Assembly (NCBI GenBank): GCA_963831185.1
Contig: CAWHPE010000008.1
Span: 13,642 to 77,641, forward strand
DNA length: 64,000 nucleotides
Source: an uncultured Alphaproteobacteria bacterium
Lineage (GTDB): Bacteria > Pseudomonadota > Alphaproteobacteria > Rhizobiales > Hyphomicrobiaceae
Direction of reading: 5' to 3'
This document shows positions 8,943 through 18,608 of this stretch, in pieces. A program made the translations under genes and the position numbers. Positions within the stretch are counted from its first letter, which is position 1; every line of letters begins with the position of its first letter. The notes beneath the pieces were generated by a model. It made no database searches. It was not told the origin of the DNA and saw nothing but the letters and a program-made list of their open reading frames with translations.

Positions 8943-10120
8943 GTCAATCGCCTACTTAGGTTTGGAGGGAGACGAGGCCGCTTTCGGCCGCGGTGGAGCC
9001 TTTGGCTTAGGCGCGGCGGACAAAAAGGCGCAACAGGCGCGGCCGGCTGCTCAGCTGCCAACACAAGGCGGCATTCAGCCGGGAGTTGCTCCAACGTCAT
9101 GGGCGGCTTCGGCGGTTGCGGTGGGCCCGGAGGTTGCGGCGGTGCCGTCAGGCGCTGATACCATTCGTCGAGTTCTTTGCCGCATCCATCATCTGTCGGC
9201 ACCGGCGATTGAGGCAGACATCCGACCATGCCCTTCGGGCAACCGAGACGCACATGGAAATGATAAAAATGTCCCCAGACCGGCCGCACCTTTGCCAGCC
9301 ATCCGCGATCCGGCCCCTGCGGGGTGGCCTCACAGATAGCCTTCTTGATTGCCGGATGCACTAAAACGCGCTCGACGTCGCCGAAACCTGCAGCTCGCTT
9401 GATAATCGCCGCATGCTGTGGTGTCCAAATCTTCGGGTCGACGGTTAGATGCCCCGGTGCCAGCGTCGAGATCGCGGACATATCCTCGCGCTCCTGCCGC
9501 GTAAGCTCTCGCGCCGGCATGGGCGTAAGCCAGATGTCCGCATCAAGGCCAATCTGATGGCTGTTATGTCCCGTCAACATCGGCCCACCGCGCGGTTGCG
9601 ACATGTCGCCGACAAGTAGTCCGGGCCAACCATCGTGCTTGCGCGCGTCATTTGCCAACCGCTCGATGGCAGCAATCAGCGATGGGTGCCCCCAATTGCG
9701 ATTTCGGGAGAGGCGCATCGCTTGCCAAGCCGTGCCGTTGACCGGCAATTGTACGGCGCCCGCCAAACAGCCTTTGGAATAAAATCCAATTGCGCGTGCG
9801 GCCAGCGGCGCGGGCGCACGCTGTGCGCCAAACAATGACTTCGCGGCAACGACTGGCGCTGTCCGCGTGATCGGAGGCACAACGGCGTTCGGCCCCGTCC
9901 CACCCACTATATCATGCCGCGGCGCTATAGTGGTGCTCGCGGCATCTCCGGTTGAGGCAGGTGCTTCGTTGCGTGCTTCGTCTGCTTCAAGAACCATTTT
10001 GGCTTCTTGCGCAAATGCATCCGTCGTTATGGCGGTCACCAACGCATATGACGCGAGAGTTGCCGCCAAACCAGCGAACGCAGCATGCCGAAATCGAAGG
10101 TATGAGGACACGGCGACCAC
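8867..10120 (-). CDS. mepA: Penicillin-insensitive murein endopeptidase (MepA-like LAS metallopeptidase)
   Basis: Signal peptide, then GDMSQPRGGPMLTGHNSHQIGLDADIWL and HFYHFHVRLGCP motifs. GTG start at 10120. The last ~45 codons are Arg/Cys/Trp-rich and look out of frame (see findings). Confidence 0.75.
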   Translation of the reverse strand: MVAVSSYLRFRHAAFAGLAATLASYALVTAITTDAFAQEAKMVLEADEARNEAPASTGDAASTTIAPRHDIVGGTGPNAVVPPITRTAPVVAAKSLFGAQRAPAPLAARAIGFYSKGCLAGAVQLPVNGTAWQAMRLSRNRNWGHPSLIAAIERLANDARKHDGWPGLLVGDMSQPRGGPMLTGHNSHQIGLDADIWLTPMPARELTRQEREDMSAISTLAPGHLTVDPKIWTPQHAAIIKRAAGFGDVERVLVHPAIKKAICEATPQGPDRGWLAKVRPVWGHFYHFHVRLGCPKGMVGCLPQSPVPTDDGCGKELDEWYQRLTAPPQPPGPPQPPKPPMTLEQLPAECRLVLAAEQPAAPVAPFCPPRLSQRLHRGRKRPRLPPNLSRRLTCLWLCPDGSPDFSSCLPLLLWSLI

Positions 10121-10221
10121 CCGAGGATTCAGATGCAGATGATAGGAAGGCTATAGAACGCGCTGACGCGCCGTAAAGGTAAAGCTCCCAGGGCTTTTCA
10201 GCAAAACGTCGTGATTACAAG

Positions 10222-11094
10222 TCAACTGTGTTTATCGGGCGTTTGTTTGCCATGAACCGGAGGCGGGGAGCGACGAATAAATGGCAGGCCGAGGCACCAC
10301 AGCAACGACGCGGGTCGGTCCGATTGAAACGTCGCGAGGCCAATCGCCATACTTTCGTGCCCGTCCTTCGGCTGCGCGGTATACGTCCCGAACATCCGAT
10401 CCCAGATCGAGAGGCAGAATCCATAATTTGTGTCATGCTCGTTCCTGTGCACGGAATGATGGACACGGTGCATATCAGGCGTGACAAAAAGCTTCCGGAT
10501 CACGCGATCCCCACGCGCGGGCAATGCCCAATTCGCATGATTGAACATGGCCGATGCATTGAGCACGACCTCGAAAATCAAGACCGCAGCTGCCGGAACA
10601 CCAAGCAACACCACCCAAACAACTTTGTAGAGCATCGACAGACCAATCTCTATTGGGTGGAAGCGAAGCCCTGTCGTTGCATCGAAATCGCGATCGGCGT
10701 GATGCACTTGATGCAGTCGCCACAGTGGTGGCCACACATGCGAAATAAGATGCTGCAACCAGACCGCAAAATCCAGCACAACGACGGCGACCAAGACTTC
10801 CAGCCATTCCGGCAGATCGATGGCATTGAAAAGCCCGATATTATGGGTTTTGGCAAAAACCGCAGCCGAAATGGCTACGAGCGGCACCGCGATCCATGAT
10901 GCTAAAATAGCCATGGCCCGCACCGTCAGGCTGCCAAGGCCGATGATCGAAAGGTTCGTGAGCCATCGGCCCATGCGACTGAGCACCCGCACGCGCCTTG
11001 GAGCCACAGCCTCCAACGTCAGCATGAGGGCGAGGACGGCCGCAAAAGCGCCGAAGCGGAAGCTCGTATCGCTGATCCATCCTAACGTTGACAT
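10222..11094 (-). CDS. Sterol desaturase / fatty-acid hydroxylase family membrane protein
   Basis: Histidine boxes HLISH, HQVHHAD and HRVHHS in a polytopic membrane protein of 290 aa. Confidence 0.8.
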   Translation of the reverse strand: MSTLGWISDTSFRFGAFAAVLALMLTLEAVAPRRVRVLSRMGRWLTNLSIIGLGSLTVRAMAILASWIAVPLVAISAAVFAKTHNIGLFNAIDLPEWLEVLVAVVVLDFAVWLQHLISHVWPPLWRLHQVHHADRDFDATTGLRFHPIEIGLSMLYKVVWVVLLGVPAAAVLIFEVVLNASAMFNHANWALPARGDRVIRKLFVTPDMHRVHHSVHRNEHDTNYGFCLSIWDRMFGTYTAQPKDGHESMAIGLATFQSDRPASLLWCLGLPFIRRSPPPVHGKQTPDKHS

Positions 11095-11180
11095 GGCAAC
11101 CCTAAAGTTAGGTTATTCGACCAAGTGTGATCACGGCTAGCGCTGGGCCGCGCGTTCTGCCATCGCAACGCCATGAACGA

Positions 11181-11831
11181 ATGAAAGCGGACCAAATGCC
11201 AGAACACTTGATAGATCTCGCCGAAGCGCCCAAAGCGACAATACTATTCGCCCATGGAGCCGGTGCTCCGATGGACAGCCCGTTCATGCAGCATATGGTG
11301 TCAAGGCTCGTCGCGCGCAACTTGAGCGTTGTCCGATTCGAGTTCAAATACATGGCGCAACGCCGCATCGATAGCAAACGCCGCCCGGCCCCGAAGGCAG
11401 AAACTCTCATTCCCGAAATGAGGGCTGCGCTGGCCGAGTTGGAGAGGGGGCTGCCCATTGTGCTAGCGGGCAAGTCCATGGGCGGTCGTGTGGCGTCGAT
11501 GATGGCCTCGGAAGCCCATGCGGCCGGAGATATCGCCGGGGCCATCTGTATGGGCTACCCGTTCCATCCGCCGAAGAAGCCTGAGCAACTCAGAACCGCC
11601 CATTTGCAGGAAATGACCGCACCAGTCTTAATTTTACAAGGTGAACGCGATCCATTCGGTTCCCGTGACGAAGTCACCGGCTACACCCTGTCGCCAGCTA
11701 TAAGATTAAATTGGCTGCCTGATGGAGATCATGATTTCGGGCCACGCGGGGCCTCTGGATACACGAGGTCCGCCAACCTGGGCTTGGCCGCAGACAAAAT
11801 CGCTGAATTTGTCGCAGAGCTGATCCGCTAG
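11181..11831 (+). CDS. Alpha/beta-fold hydrolase (KANL3/Tex30-like)
   Basis: LFAHGAGAPMDSPFM and nucleophile elbow GKSMGG. ATG 11181 is preferred over the ORF-track start at 11127. Confidence 0.7.
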   Translation: MKADQMPEHLIDLAEAPKATILFAHGAGAPMDSPFMQHMVSRLVARNLSVVRFEFKYMAQRRIDSKRRPAPKAETLIPEMRAALAELERGLPIVLAGKSMGGRVASMMASEAHAAGDIAGAICMGYPFHPPKKPEQLRTAHLQEMTAPVLILQGERDPFGSRDEVTGYTLSPAIRLNWLPDGDHDFGPRGASGYTRSANLGLAADKIAEFVAELIR

Positions 11832-11977
11832 CCCGTCCTCGCAGTCGTGGCGTCGAAGGTTGCGTCCGCCCGCACATTGTGGCATTTACCGCCAACTGCG
11901 GGGCCGACCTAGGCGCCCGCCGCTCATTTCTGCGGTTCGGTCAGTTGTGACCGTACATTGAAATGCAGCACCCAAGT

Positions 11978-12054
11978 GCCGCCATAGCTCAGTTGGTTAG
12001 AGCGCTAGATTGTGGATCTAGAGGTCCCCTGTTCAAGCCAGGGTGGCGGTACCA
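11978..12054 (+). tRNA. tRNA-His (anticodon GTG), CCA encoded, no G-1
   Basis: 77-nt cloverleaf. Acceptor GCCGCCA/TGGCGGT (G1:U72) then A73-CCA. Anticodon stem CTAGA/TCTAG with loop TTGTGGA. T-arm CCCTG-TTCAAGC-CAGGG. The base at -1 is T. Confidence 0.9.
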
Positions 12055-12168
12055 TTCCCTCTTTCAGAACGAGCGCCAGCCTCTAGATTTGAGGCGAAGG
12101 CACTCTAAGCGAACGATGCCGGTCCTCGTCCTTTGTCACGACCAAAATCGCGCGCCGCCCCCAAGAGA

Positions 12169-13143
12169 TCAAGGGGCCTTCAGGCCTGCCTTCTCGACGA
12201 CCGGCGCGATGAGTTCGCGCTCCTTTCGGGCCTGAGCCGCGTAAGCGTTTCCAGAGAACGAACCGGGTTCGACACTGAGGCCCTGCAGCCGCTTCAGCAC
12301 CTCAGGCTCGCTTCCGATGGTGCTAAGTTCCCGTACCAAGAGGTCGACAATAGGCTTAGGCGTGGCCGCCGGTGCAATCCACCCGAATGACGCCAGGACC
12401 TCGAAACCCGGCAGCGTCTCTGCAAAGGTCGGGACATCAGGCGCGAACGAATAACGCTTCGGCGATGTGACAGCGATCGCACGGACATTCCCGGCCTTTG
12501 CCTGCTCCCATGCGGTCGAAAAATTGTCGCAAGCGATTTTGACTTGCCCAGCAACCAAATCTTGCATGGTCTGGTTCGAGGCCCGATAGGCGACGGCCGA
12601 CATTTTGACGCCCGCCTGTTGGATCAACATTTCCCCGCACAAGTGCTGGCTCGATCCGATACCGGACGTTGCGTACGCTTGGTCGGGATTGGCTTTAAGC
12701 CAAGCTATGAACTCAGGCAGCGTCTTCGCCGGGATCGAGGGATGAATGACGAGAAGGTTCGGCTGGGTTGCCATCAAATGAAGATAGGCGATGTCTTTCT
12801 CGGCATTATAGCTGAGCTTGTCCTTCATGATCACAGGATTTGTCGCGTATCCCGAGGCAGTCGCAACAGAAAGCGTATAGCCATCCGCCGGCGCACGCGC
12901 CATCGCCGCAATCCCTGTCGTCCCGCCAGCGCCAGCTCTATTTTCAATGACAAACTGCTGGCCTAAGCGCTGCGACAAGCGTTCCGCAAATATGCGGCCA
13001 AGCGTATCTGCGTTGCCACCGGCCGCAAACGTTACAATCACGTTCACTGGTTTAGAGGGATACTTATCCTGTGCCTGTGTCGCGGACGTACCGGCTCCAA
13101 GCGCAATCGCCGCCAACCCAATCATCAACGAATGAAATCGCAT
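12169..13143 (-). CDS. Tripartite tricarboxylate transporter substrate-binding protein (TctC/Bug family)
   Basis: Signal peptide plus the Bug-family pattern (YPSKPVNVIVTFAAGGNADTLGR..). 324 aa. No tctA/tctB nearby. Confidence 0.8.
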   Translation of the reverse strand: MRFHSLMIGLAAIALGAGTSATQAQDKYPSKPVNVIVTFAAGGNADTLGRIFAERLSQRLGQQFVIENRAGAGGTTGIAAMARAPADGYTLSVATASGYATNPVIMKDKLSYNAEKDIAYLHLMATQPNLLVIHPSIPAKTLPEFIAWLKANPDQAYATSGIGSSQHLCGEMLIQQAGVKMSAVAYRASNQTMQDLVAGQVKIACDNFSTAWEQAKAGNVRAIAVTSPKRYSFAPDVPTFAETLPGFEVLASFGWIAPAATPKPIVDLLVRELSTIGSEPEVLKRLQGLSVEPGSFSGNAYAAQARKERELIAPVVEKAGLKAP

Positions 13144-13278
13144 CCAATCCCCCAGGAGTTAATTAGTATTCGACAAGATCGTAACAGCCGAAACCATCTG
13201 TCAAACCAAAACAGCGACAGATCCGCTGGTTGCGGCGCACAATTGCGCCGACATAGTTCACGGTGCATTGGCCAAAAC

Positions 13279-14151
13279 TTAGACGACAGCCAGAGCGCGA
13301 AACTCAGAAAATACAGTGTCGGTGAGACGCCGTTTCGGCCCATCAAGTGGCTCTACTAGTCCGAGTGTTCGATAAAATGGGACGTTGCCGAAGGGTAACG
13401 TGCGCACGCGAAGATCGCTGCGCGCAGGAAAGCGTCGCTCCGGAACAATCGATATGCCGAGTCCATGATGGACCATCGCTTCGATAGCTTCCAGCCAATC
13501 CAAGCGCATTGTCTCGCGGATCTCGAGTTTCGCATCCTTGATGGCTTCATCGATGAGGCGGCCAACAGCCGCGCTGGGGCTGTAGCGAATATAGGGATAA
13601 GTGAGCATCAACCGCCGCGCATCGGTTTCGCGCGCACTTTGCGGCGTCACCATCACGATCCGCTCGCGCAAAAACGGCCGCCAATGGATATCGCGCAGAG
13701 AACTGTCGTAATCCGAAATAATCGCGGCATCGAGCCGCCTGCGTTCAACCTGATGCAGCAGTTCGTCTGAAAACCCCGAAACAACTTCGATGTGAAGTCC
13801 CGGATGCCGAGCGCGGATCGTCGTCAGTGCGGACGGCAATAGTCCCGTCAAAGTGCTTCCGACCGCGCCCAATCGCAGACGACCCTGCACATCGCCCGCG
13901 CGTGATAGCCCACTTCGGAAAATATCATAACGAGCTAGCAAATCCTTCGCGCCTGCGACGGTCGCGGTTCCGGCGTCAGTCAGCACTGGTGGCCGCTTGC
14001 TGCGGTCGAACAGCGCCGCGCCGAGTTCGGCTTCAAGCGCTTGAATGTGCGTGCTGATGGCGGATTGACTAAGGTGCAGCACACGCGCGGCTTCCGCGAA
14101 AGATCCATGCTCGGCAATCGCGACCAAGGTGCGCAGCACAATCAGGTTCAT
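13279..14151 (-). CDS. LysR-family transcriptional regulator, divergent from the Mo-enzyme operon
   Basis: wHTH FAEAARVLHLSQSAISTHIQALE. ATG 14151 (MNLIVLRTLVAI) is preferred over 14184. Confidence 0.85.
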   Translation of the reverse strand: MNLIVLRTLVAIAEHGSFAEAARVLHLSQSAISTHIQALEAELGAALFDRSKRPPVLTDAGTATVAGAKDLLARYDIFRSGLSRAGDVQGRLRLGAVGSTLTGLLPSALTTIRARHPGLHIEVVSGFSDELLHQVERRRLDAAIISDYDSSLRDIHWRPFLRERIVMVTPQSARETDARRLMLTYPYIRYSPSAAVGRLIDEAIKDAKLEIRETMRLDWLEAIEAMVHHGLGISIVPERRFPARSDLRVRTLPFGNVPFYRTLGLVEPLDGPKRRLTDTVFSEFRALAVV

Positions 14152-14293
14152 GCGGAGCTCAATACCAAGAAGCAGTTTATTCAAAAAATATGCAGCAAAA
14201 CTTCAAAGAAGTCCAGTTTATCTGAAGTTGAAATGGTCTTATAGTCTGACCTCAACCACCGTCCACCTCGCCAGCTCCGACGCAAACGAGATC

Positions 14294-15394
14294 ATGACCA
14301 CCAGCGAACACCCAATTCTGAATCCTGCCAAGCGATCGCATATCGATGGCGGCTACAGTCGCGAAGAACTCCGCCTCGCGCAGCGCAATCACGGCATCTT
14401 GCTAGAAGCGATGCGCCATGATGTGACACCCGCCGGCATCCACTACCTGCTCATCCATTTCGATGTGCCGTTCGTGCCCGATGTGTCGTCATGGAGATTG
14501 ACGGTGAGTGGCGCCGTTTCCTCCCCGATCGATGTGTCACTATCCGAAATCAAGAAATTGCCGCAGGTAACGCGGCGCGTGACGCTAGAATGTGCGGGCA
14601 ATGGTCGCGCAACATTGAATCCACGTTGGCAAAGTCAACCGTGGAACCACGAAGCCGTCGGCACTGCCGAATGGACCGGCACGCCGCTACGCAGTGTGCT
14701 TGAACGCGCCGGACTGACAACCACTGCAAAAAACATAGTATTCACGGGCATGGATCGTGGATTTGATGGCGGCGTCGAGCACAACTACGGTCGCAGCCTG
14801 TCCGTCGCTCAGGCGATGGATGATGATGTGCTTCTCGTGACCGCGATGAACGGTCAGCCGCTACTGCCCCAGCACGGCTTTCCACTACGCCTGATCGTGC
14901 CGGGTTGGTACGGTATGGCAAGTGTGAAATGGCTCAACCGCATTGAGGCCATCACCGACGAATATCAGGGCTTTCAGCAAGTGCGGACCTACGTCTATCG
15001 GCAGTACGAAGGCGATCCAGGCACGCCTGTGACGGCGATGCGCGTGAAGTCCCTCATGGTGCCGCCAGGAATTCCCGATTGGTACACGCGGGGCCGCGTG
15101 CTCGATGCGGGCAAACATGAAATATTTGGCCGTGCGTGGTCTGGTTCGGGTATCGGTATCGCCAAGGTTGAGGTTGGCGTCGACGGCATTTGGCATGATG
15201 CCATCCTCGACGCAGCAGCCGACAAGTATGAATGGCGCGGCTGGCGCTTCAATTGGAATGCAACAGTTGGAGAGCACGAGTTGATGTGCCGCGCAACCGA
15301 TGCCAATGGCGATATTCAGCCGCTTGAGCCGAGATTCGATCGGACCGGATTCGGCAATAACGCCACGCATTCCATCGCCGTAACGGTGAGATGA
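14294..15394 (+). CDS. Sulfite-oxidase-family molybdopterin oxidoreductase, apparently cytoplasmic
   Basis: SUOX-fold motifs HYLLIHFDVP, Mo-ligand Cys context TLECAGNGR, and a C-terminal Ig-like dimerisation domain. No signal or twin-arginine peptide follows ATG 14294. Confidence 0.8.
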   Translation: MTTSEHPILNPAKRSHIDGGYSREELRLAQRNHGILLEAMRHDVTPAGIHYLLIHFDVPFVPDVSSWRLTVSGAVSSPIDVSLSEIKKLPQVTRRVTLECAGNGRATLNPRWQSQPWNHEAVGTAEWTGTPLRSVLERAGLTTTAKNIVFTGMDRGFDGGVEHNYGRSLSVAQAMDDDVLLVTAMNGQPLLPQHGFPLRLIVPGWYGMASVKWLNRIEAITDEYQGFQQVRTYVYRQYEGDPGTPVTAMRVKSLMVPPGIPDWYTRGRVLDAGKHEIFGRAWSGSGIGIAKVEVGVDGIWHDAILDAAADKYEWRGWRFNWNATVGEHELMCRATDANGDIQPLEPRFDRTGFGNNATHSIAVTVR

Positions 15395-15395
15395 A

Positions 15396-16139
15396 ATGAC
15401 AGACATGACCAGTAGTAGCCCACATAAAATGATCAAAGTCCGTGTCTGGCGCGGCCACGCCGACGGCGATTATCAGACATTCGATGTACCGCAACACGAC
15501 AGTCAGACTGTGCTCGATCTCGTGACCTTTGTGCAGCGTGAACTTGATCCAACGTTGTCCTATCGCTTCTCTTGTCGCGTAGGAGTGTGCGGAAGTTGCG
15601 CTATGACTGTGAACGGCCGCCCGCGTTGGACCTGCCGTACGCACGTTTCAAAAGTTGTCGAGAATGGTGAAATCGAAATCGGCCCACTTGCCAACCTTCC
15701 GGTGATCAAAGATCTCGCAACAGACATGAGCCGCTTCTTTGATAAGTGGCAGTCGGCTGGAGGCAGTTTCGTGCCATCGAAAACGCGGCACGACCCGGTC
15801 GAAGTCATGAACCCTGCGACGCCAGCGCGCGTTACGGTCGATGAGGCGATTGAATGCATAAATTGCGGCGTCTGTTATGCCGCCTGCGACAGCGTTCGGT
15901 GGAACGAAGACTATCTCGGACCTGCGGCGCTCAATCGTGCCTGGACACTCGTCAACGATGAGCGCGACGCCGGCCAAGTCAATCGTTTGAAAGCTGTCTC
16001 CGTGAAGGGCGGTTGCCAGAGCTGCCACACGCACCAAAGTTGTGAGCAGCATTGTCCGAAAGGTCTCAATCCCACCGCATCAATTGCTGGGCTCAAGCGG
16101 CGCGCCATGGATGCATTCATTCGTGGAGAGCTAAAATGA
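15396..16139 (+). CDS. Succinate dehydrogenase/fumarate reductase-type iron-sulfur subunit (SdhB-like)
   Basis: Three Cys clusters: CRVGVCGSCAM, CINCGVCYAAC and CHTHQSCEQHCP. Confidence 0.85.
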   Translation: MTDMTSSSPHKMIKVRVWRGHADGDYQTFDVPQHDSQTVLDLVTFVQRELDPTLSYRFSCRVGVCGSCAMTVNGRPRWTCRTHVSKVVENGEIEIGPLANLPVIKDLATDMSRFFDKWQSAGGSFVPSKTRHDPVEVMNPATPARVTVDEAIECINCGVCYAACDSVRWNEDYLGPAALNRAWTLVNDERDAGQVNRLKAVSVKGGCQSCHTHQSCEQHCPKGLNPTASIAGLKRRAMDAFIRGELK

Positions 16140-16477
16140 GCTTTCGGCTCTACGCTTGGCAGCGCATCACTGCGATGATGATGGTCCCCTTCATTGCTTT
16201 GCATGTCGCGGTGATCTTCTACGCCACAAACCACGCGTTGACTGCTGCTGACATACTTGCTCGGACGCGCGGGTCATCCTCTTGGGCCGCATTCTATGGC
16301 GCCTTCGTCGTGTTGGCATCGATTCATGGAGCAATCGGCGTGCGTTCCGTTCTGGCGGATTGGACGCCGTTCGGTGACAAAACCAATGATGCGGTCATGT
16401 GGCTTTTCGGCGTCGTGCTGGCCGTGCTTGGGATGCGCGCCGTATGGGCGGTCGTGCTCCCGGGAGTGACACCATGA
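16136..16477 (+). CDS. Sdh/Frd-type hydrophobic membrane anchor subunit (SdhD-like)
   Basis: 113-aa product with 3 predicted TM helices. ATGA start/stop overlap with the SdhB-like gene. Confidence 0.65.
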   Translation: MSFRLYAWQRITAMMMVPFIALHVAVIFYATNHALTAADILARTRGSSSWAAFYGAFVVLASIHGAIGVRSVLADWTPFGDKTNDAVMWLFGVVLAVLGMRAVWAVVLPGVTP

Positions 16478-16836
16478 CAAGCCGTCCGACACCAAACAAT
16501 GCGGCCTATCGCTATGATCTCCTCTGGGCTGTATCCTTTGTGCACCGCGTGTCGGGTATCCTGCTGGCATGCTTCCTGCCGCTGCATTTTCTGGTCCTCG
16601 GTCTTGCGATTGAAGGTGAGGCGCGCCTTGGCGGGTTTCTCACCTGGACGCAACACCCGCTCGTCAAGGTCGCGGAAGCCGCATTGATTTTCGTGCTCGC
16701 GGTTCACCTTCTTGGTGGTCTCAGGATCCTTGCAGTTGAGTTCGGTTCCTGGCGGCCAGGTCAACGCGCAATTGCTAGAGTATCTATCCTCGTCGCCGCT
16801 GGTGTTGCTCTCATCTTTCTCTTGCGAGTGCTCTAA
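16474..16836 (+). CDS. Sdh/Frd-type cytochrome b membrane subunit (SdhC-like)
   Basis: 120 aa with 3 TM helices and an HRVSGILL..LHF context. ATGA overlap upstream and TAATG overlap with the flavoprotein gene. Confidence 0.65.
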   Translation: MTSRPTPNNAAYRYDLLWAVSFVHRVSGILLACFLPLHFLVLGLAIEGEARLGGFLTWTQHPLVKVAEAALIFVLAVHLLGGLRILAVEFGSWRPGQRAIARVSILVAAGVALIFLLRVL

Positions 16837-18608
16837 TGTTCGAACGTCTAAGGACCGACATCTTGATCCTCGGCTCAGGCGGAGCAGGGCTTTTCGCGGC
16901 GTTGCACGCGCACAAAGCTGCACCACACCTGAGTGTGACGGTGGCGACCAAGGGGTTGCTCGGCAAGTCAGGCTGCACGCGCATGGTTCAAGGCGGTTAC
17001 AACGTTGCGCTGCATAAGGGTGACTCGATTGAGCGCCATTTCATGGATACCATCGACGGTGGCAAGTGGCTACCCAATCAGGAGCTCGCATGGACGCTGG
17101 TCACAAAAGCCATCGAGCGCGTCCAAGAACTGGAGAACGAGATCGGCTGCTTTTTCGATCGCAATGCCGATGGATCGCTCCACGGCAAAGCGTTCGCCGG
17201 CCAAACGTTTGACCGCACGGTCCACAAAGGTGATCTGACGGGTATCGAGATTATCAACCGCCTGATGGAGCAGGTGTGGGGGCGCCCTATCAAACGGCTC
17301 GAAGAACATCGCGCGATCGCTCTGATTCCCGACAAGTCCGGCAAGGCCATCGCTGGCGTCCTGATGATCGATATCCGAACCGGAAAGTTTCACTTGTTGA
17401 AGCCAAGGCCGTCTTGCTTGCGACCGGCGGCGGGCCGACGATGTACAAATATCACACGCCGTCCGGCGATAAGAGCATGGACGGCTTGGCGATGGCGCTG
17501 CGTGCGGGTCTAAGTCTGCGCGACATGGAGATGGTGCAGTTCCATCCAACCGGCGTGCTGGCCGGTCCGCATACACGTATGACGGGCACAATCATCGAGG
17601 AAGGGTTGCGCGGCGCCGGTGGCTATTTGCTCAACGGCAACAACGACCGCTTCATGTTCGACTACCATCCGCGTGGAGAACGCGCTACGCGCGATCTTGT
17701 TTCACAATCGATGTACCGCGAGATGCAAGCCGGCCGCACGACACCGAATGGCGGCATCTACATTTCGATGGGCCATCTGGGAGCCGACAATGTCCGTCGT
17801 CAATTCAAAGGTATGGTTGAGCGGTGCGCGGATTGCGGCTTCGATCTTGCTGGTGGACTTGTCGAAGTCGTGCCGACAGCCCACTACATGATGGGTGGCG
17901 TAATCTGCAAAGACGACACGTCAACGGCCTTAGATGGCCTGTATGTTGCTGGCGAAGACGCTGGCGGCGTTCATGGGGCCAATCGATTGGGCGGCAACGG
18001 CGTTGCAAACTCGACGGTCTATGGCGGCATTGCCGGCGACATGATGGCAAAGGCGGTCGCGTCTGGCAGCCACGGTGTCTCGGCTGATGAAGATGCAATC
18101 AAGTCGGAAATCGATCGTGCGTCGGCGCCGTTCCGAAAGCGAAGCGGCAATCTCAATAAGCTCCGCGACAACCTCCTTGAACTCATGTGGGACGACGTCG
18201 GAATTATTCGCGACAAAAATCGTATCGAGCGAGCGTTATCTGCATTGGATACTCTCGTGGCGAACTTTCAACATCGGCGTCGCCGACGGAGATCGGGCCT
18301 TCAATCTGACATGGCCCGATTGGCTCAATCTCGAGAGCCAGATTGAAGTTTCGAAGGCCGTTGCAATGGCCGCATTGCAGCGAACAAATTCGCGTGGTGC
18401 TCATTTTCGCGAGGACAATCCGGAGCCCGGACCATTGGAAACGTCGCGTTTCACTGTAGTCCGCAGATCGAACGGAACACTAGAGATGCTCGACGAGCCG
18501 GTTCTCTTCACGCGTGTGAAGCCGGGCGAGACGCTTCTGCAAGGAAGGACGCTGCAGAATGATCGCACTCAAGATCATGCAGGCCACAGCAGAAGCCTTA
18601 ATGGCTAA
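16836..18608 (+). pseudogene. Sdh/Frd-type flavoprotein subunit (SdhA-like), interrupted by two opposite 1-nt frameshifts
   Basis: FAD motif ILGSGGAG, QFHPTG, RLGGNGVANS and SRGAHFRED. The conserved sequence runs in the frame of 16836 to ~17395, another frame to ~18270, then returns to the first frame. The 3' end (18608) is uncertain. Confidence 0.8.
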
